Positions 59,813 to 64,000 of a stretch of 64,000 nucleotides of DNA are shown piece after piece. The translations under genes were made by a program, and so were the position numbers. The first letter of the stretch is position 1, and every line of letters starts with the position of its first letter. Origin of the DNA: Rhizodiscina lignyota (Eukaryota); contig ML978126.1 of assembly GCA_010015805.1 (NCBI GenBank), positions 1,736,001-1,800,000 on the forward strand, in the 5' to 3' direction. The notes under the pieces were generated by a model that worked only from the letters and a program-made list of their open reading frames with translations, did not search any database and was not told the DNA's origin.

Positions 59813-62045
59813 ATGTTTCGCAATGTGGGCTCGAGGGTTGGCGTCGAACTTTGGCGGTCTTCCGCTCAAGGAGCTCCCGTACTCCCTCGACTAATCACTC
59901 GACGCGCCTTTACATCGAGCAATAGGGCAGTCCAGTTATCCAAATACCATGCTCCAGCTCGACCTGTCTCCCTGTCTCCATCGAAGGCCTTCGCTGCCCC
60001 TTCGTATGTCTCCCAGTTTCCGCCGTTACGGTCTAGCGCCCTCCGAACTTGGGACAATGGGATCACTTCAAGAGCATGGAGCAGCTATCGGCCAAAGACG
60101 AGGCTAGAAGATGTCTTCAAACTTGCAAGGTCTGCATGGAGTCGAAATGCACATCACAAAGCTCGCCGGAAGTTGGATGCGACGAGCTTGAGGAAAAAGA
60201 GCTCCAAAAGCAATGCATCAAAAGCAGAATCTGCCCCAAGCGCATCTGCGCCAAAGGCCGAGTTATCCCCAAATGCGTCGGCAGCCTCCCAAACATCGAA
60301 TGCTGCCTCGAAAAGCGTTGCTTCAGGGGCGAGCAAGTCGTTCTTCGACAGGTTACCTCAAATGCCTCATAACTTCCATCGACCTACAAGAGAGGAATTG
60401 CTTGCGGCGGCAACTGGGTTTTGGTCTAGATTGAGGGCACGCTTCAAGTGGTTTACCATCAGGAGCGGGCGCCCTTTCAATGTGGACGAGATAAGCGCTC
60501 TGTTCTCCTGGGTCTTACTTGGCCACGTTGTTTGGATCATTGTTGGAACCACGACCTTCTTTTCTCTCGCTATACTGGTCATCAACACAGTATTCGCTCA
60601 AGAGACATTAGCTCAATGGATTGGCAACTACCTCACACAGTCCTCTGGCATCAAAGTCGTATTCGAGTCTGCTGTCGTTCCGAAATGGGGAAGTGGCGTC
60701 ATCTCGTTTAAGAAAGTCTTCGTTTCGCGGAGGCCCGGCCAAGGAAAGGCGAAAGTCAGCAAGGGTTCGCAGGCTGAAGCAGCTGCAGCTGCAGCTGCAG
60801 CAAAAGCTGCATTGGGTGAAAGACATATCGATGTGGAATTGTCTGAAGAGGAGGATACTAACTATACCCAATTTGACGTCTCTATTGACACAGTGGACGT
60901 GACACTGTCCTTTGCAAAATGGTTTAATGGAAAGGGTTTGCTTAAGGATGTGGACGTTAATGGAGTCCGTGGTGTGGTCGACAGAACGTCAGTTCGTCCT
61001 ACTGGAGTACCGGTGGACCCAAAGACTTACCGGAAGGAACACAACTACGGTGATTTTGAGCTCGATTCGTTCAAGCTGTCAGATCTTTTGGTCACTGTGT
61101 ATCAGCCGCGTGACTTTCGACCTTTCACCGTCAGCATTTACTCCTGCGATCTGCCTCAACTGAGGAAACAATGGCTGTTCTATGACTTTATGTCCGCGAA
61201 TACCATTTCTGGATCATTCGACAACTCGCTTTTCACAATCCATCCGCGTCAAACACACAACTATACTGGCCTTCAACTCGATGAAGGCGCACAATGGAAG
61301 AAGCACAGTCGCATCAGAATTGATGGGCTAAATATTGATCACCTTAATCGTGGCGTGGCAGGACCCTTCTCATGGATCCATGAAGGAAATGTGGATGTTG
61401 TTGCCGACATTTTGCTACCTGCTGATAACGATGGCAGCATTGCCAAAGTCATGTCAGACTTCTACGACCGCATGGAGGCGACAGTGACTGCCAATAATCA
61501 ATCTCAACCCCAGGAGCAAGTTGTTTCTACTGCGGATTATGGGACAACTGCTATCCGCAACGATCAGCTCGCACACCTTAGTGATGAAAAAGAGAGCAAG
61601 CAGTCTCACGACGAGGACGATAAAAACAGATTCCTTATCATGGACATCCGAGTTCATTTCAACAACGTCCGAGCCGCAGTGCCACTATTTACAAACGACC
61701 TCTCATACATCAACAATGCGCTGATTCGTCCAATCGTTGCATACATTAATTCGAAGAGGAGCTTCATTCCGGTGAACTGCCGAGTTGTGAAGCAACTGAG
61801 CGACTTTGACGGAAGTTGGACTGTATTTGACAGCGGATTGATGGACGATCTGTCTCAAGAGGTGAGCTATTCTACCTCTATTACAATTGAACTCTACTAA
61901 TATATATCAGATGTACGAAGCTTTTGCTCGGGACGTCATCAACGACAAACAAGCTCGTAAAAGACGGTTCAGAAAAGTGGGTGTCTGGACTCTTCAGCTC
62001 GCTGCCCAAGCACTGTTCTTAGGTCTAGCAGGCAACGTTGCATAA
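59813..62045 (+). CDS. MDM31: Mitochondrial distribution and morphology protein 31, 2 exons
   Basis: Presequence-like N-terminus, RFKWFTIRSGRPFN, VFESAVVPKW, LNIDHLNRG and VRAAVPLF. Intron 61862-61910, then MYEAFARDV...GNVA*. Confidence 0.93.
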
Positions 62046-62480
62046 GACGGGGTGGCACTTGTATATTCATGCATAACACCAAAAAATGCATTAGCGAGGC
62101 GTTTTTGGGAGCGGTCATTGGGATTACACGACTCGACCTTCGATTGTACTGTACCGTTGACTAGCTGTATATAGGACCGAACAGTGCATTACTTCTACCT
62201 GTGCGACTTGGTGAAGTGGAACCTATTGATAGTATAACATGTCCTAACAACACACATCGCTCTTTCCTTCACAGTTCCCACTTGAATGCTAGTGGTAATA
62301 TGTTACGGGGGCTTAGCTTTTGGCCATCCCTCGGACGTGAACATTCACAGAACACATTGTTCAAATATGGCTTTCAAATCTACGCTCAAATATCAGGGTT
62401 AACTTCAACTTTCAATACCCTTCCGCTCCTTCCAGCGCTATTCCACTTCTTTCAAGCTCCATAACACTATAACAGCAAAC

Positions 62481-62912
62481 ATGCCTCTCAATTCCTCAAA
62501 TGAAACGCTCTACCCCGAACACTTCGCCTACCTAACAGCGCACAATCCAGCCAACCACTCGGGCGTAACCGTCGTCCGCCGCGGTCCCCTCACCGGCAAC
62601 TACACCGGTCAATACGTCTGGGCCGGCCTGCTCAACACTCCGCATCCGTCGTCGGACACATTCAAGGTCCTCAACGTGGACTTCTTCTTCGGTACTGCGG
62701 ACACTTGCAGCGCGCAGGTGTGCACCGACGACGACGTCAACCATATGGATCTCTCTGCGGACCCGTTCAGCGAGATGCTCTTAACGTTTGACAATGCGAT
62801 GGGTGCGGCTTTTGTAGAGCGGGACATGAAGATGGTGGTAGGCTGGTTCAAGGGGTGGGCGAGGACGCTGTTCTGGGCTTGTGAGGTGGATGAGGTGGCG
62901 GAGAGGGGATAG
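62481..62912 (+). CDS. Hypothetical protein
   Basis: 143-aa ATG-initiated ORF with GC3-rich codon usage. No recognised motif. Confidence 0.4.
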   Translation: MPLNSSNETLYPEHFAYLTAHNPANHSGVTVVRRGPLTGNYTGQYVWAGLLNTPHPSSDTFKVLNVDFFFGTADTCSAQVCTDDDVNHMDLSADPFSEMLLTFDNAMGAAFVERDMKMVVGWFKGWARTLFWACEVDEVAERG

Positions 62913-62989
62913 ATCGGCGCTACTGAGGGTGGTGCAGGTGGGAGGGCGTATAGGGATGGGTATGGAGGCGTGGAGGATGGTCAAATGAG

Positions 62990-63600
62990 CGTGAGCACTG
63001 ACCAGATACCTCGGGAGACATGGTGGATGGGCGTAGGTAAGGGGTAGGTGGTCGGTGACGAACATCTCAATTAAATGCTTCAACTCTAAGTAAAGCGATG
63101 CAAAGGAGACTTCTGATGTCACTATACTTGCTGCTGCACGTGCCTTTGAATTCAATTTGCCACCTAATATGGTGGTTTACCTCTACTGTGGTACATAAAT
63201 CGGGATATGGATCGCTTCTTGGCCTGGTGATTTGCTTACATGCTGGGCCGTGGCATTGGAATATGGACAGTATGCACTCTTCCGTATAGTAGTGGTACGA
63301 TGAGATCACTCCAGGATAGTCAGATGGCCACGAGCACCGGAGAGGTATCGGAGAAGAGGTAGCGGATGGATAGGGTTCGAGGAGAGGCTGTGGGTGGCGA
63401 ACATCTCAATTTCCAGCTACAATTTCATGAAACGCAATGCAAAGGAGGCCTCTGCTGTCATCATACTCACTACTTCACGTGATCTTGAATGCAATTGGCC
63501 TCTGGACTTGGTGGTTTGCCTCTATGGTGGAGCATGGGAATAGATGTAGATTGTATCTACTCTTCTGTATAGGCGTGGAACAATGAGAGTCACTTCAACA
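62990..63600. repeat. Diverged tandem duplication (~330-340-bp period)
   Basis: GAACATCTCAATT, ATGCAAAGGAG, TGGTGGTTT.CCTCTA and ACTCTTC.GTATAG each occur at about 63060-63310 and again at about 63400-63595. Confidence 0.8.
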
Positions 63601-63810
63601 AAATGATGGCACTACGTCACTATAGAACGAGTGATTGCGAAGGGAAGTTCATGTGTGATTTGGTATGTATTTACAGTCCATGAACTGCTCCCATCACCTG
63701 CACAAATATGAGCAAGGGGACCACCGCCCCCGACGATAGCTATGTGATGAATCAAGTGGACGCCGTAGGGTATTCCGCCGTCGAAAATTGGTAGAGTGTG
63801 CAGGAAAGAT

Positions 63811-64000
63811 CTAGTGAACCGCGCCCTTCGCCTTCTCACCGAACAGAGGCTTGGTGAGGAAGTCCTCCAGCGACATTCGGTCCTCCACCTCGGACTCGCG
63901 CGGCTTCTCTTGTGCGACGTCCTTGGGTGCCTTGTCCTCCGAGTAGCGCTTCACGCCCCGGGCAAAGATTGCTTGCGCTGGCATGCTCCATGCCTTCGAG
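63811..64000 (-). CDS. 3' end of an unidentified gene extending beyond the window
   Basis: Open frame ...SKAWSMPAQAIFARGVKRYSEDKAPKD...SLEDFLTKPLFGEKAKGAVH* with coding-like codon bias. Confidence 0.55.
   Translation of the reverse strand, partial: SKAWSMPAQAIFARGVKRYSEDKAPKDVAQEKPRESEVEDRMSLEDFLTKPLFGEKAKGAVH

Overview
Fungal (filamentous ascomycete, plausibly Dothideomycete) genomic DNA with GT-AG introns and CTRAY branch points. From 1 to 9.4 kb lies a small catabolic neighbourhood: sugar transporter, GH130-type glycosidase, 2OG-Fe(II) oxygenase, small Cys-rich secreted protein, APH-family phosphotransferase and amidohydrolase. From 9.4 to 23.5 kb lies an accessory island of orphan genes with RIP-like mutation, ending about 550 bp from a U6 snRNA gene. 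The island holds two mirror-image, diverged copies of a three-gene module (RAD5/RAD16-like SNF2 helicase divergent from orphan gene A, followed by orphan gene B). Most of copy 1 lies between long inverted repeats, copy 2 is bracketed by two ~225-bp MITEs, and a divergent gene pair with a tandem-repeat spacer sits between them. From 26 to 64 kb the genes are mostly conserved housekeeping genes (YOR1-like ABCC transporter, ornithine aminotransferase, SFK1, RPL36, UBX4-like, TXL1, Seb1/MsnA, DPH6, PNO1, MDM31). This part also has one unusual ~1450-aa protein: retropepsin domain, Ser-less alpha/beta-hydrolase, 16-aa beta-solenoid repeats and an unknown C-terminal domain. All calls come from manual reading; no database search was run.
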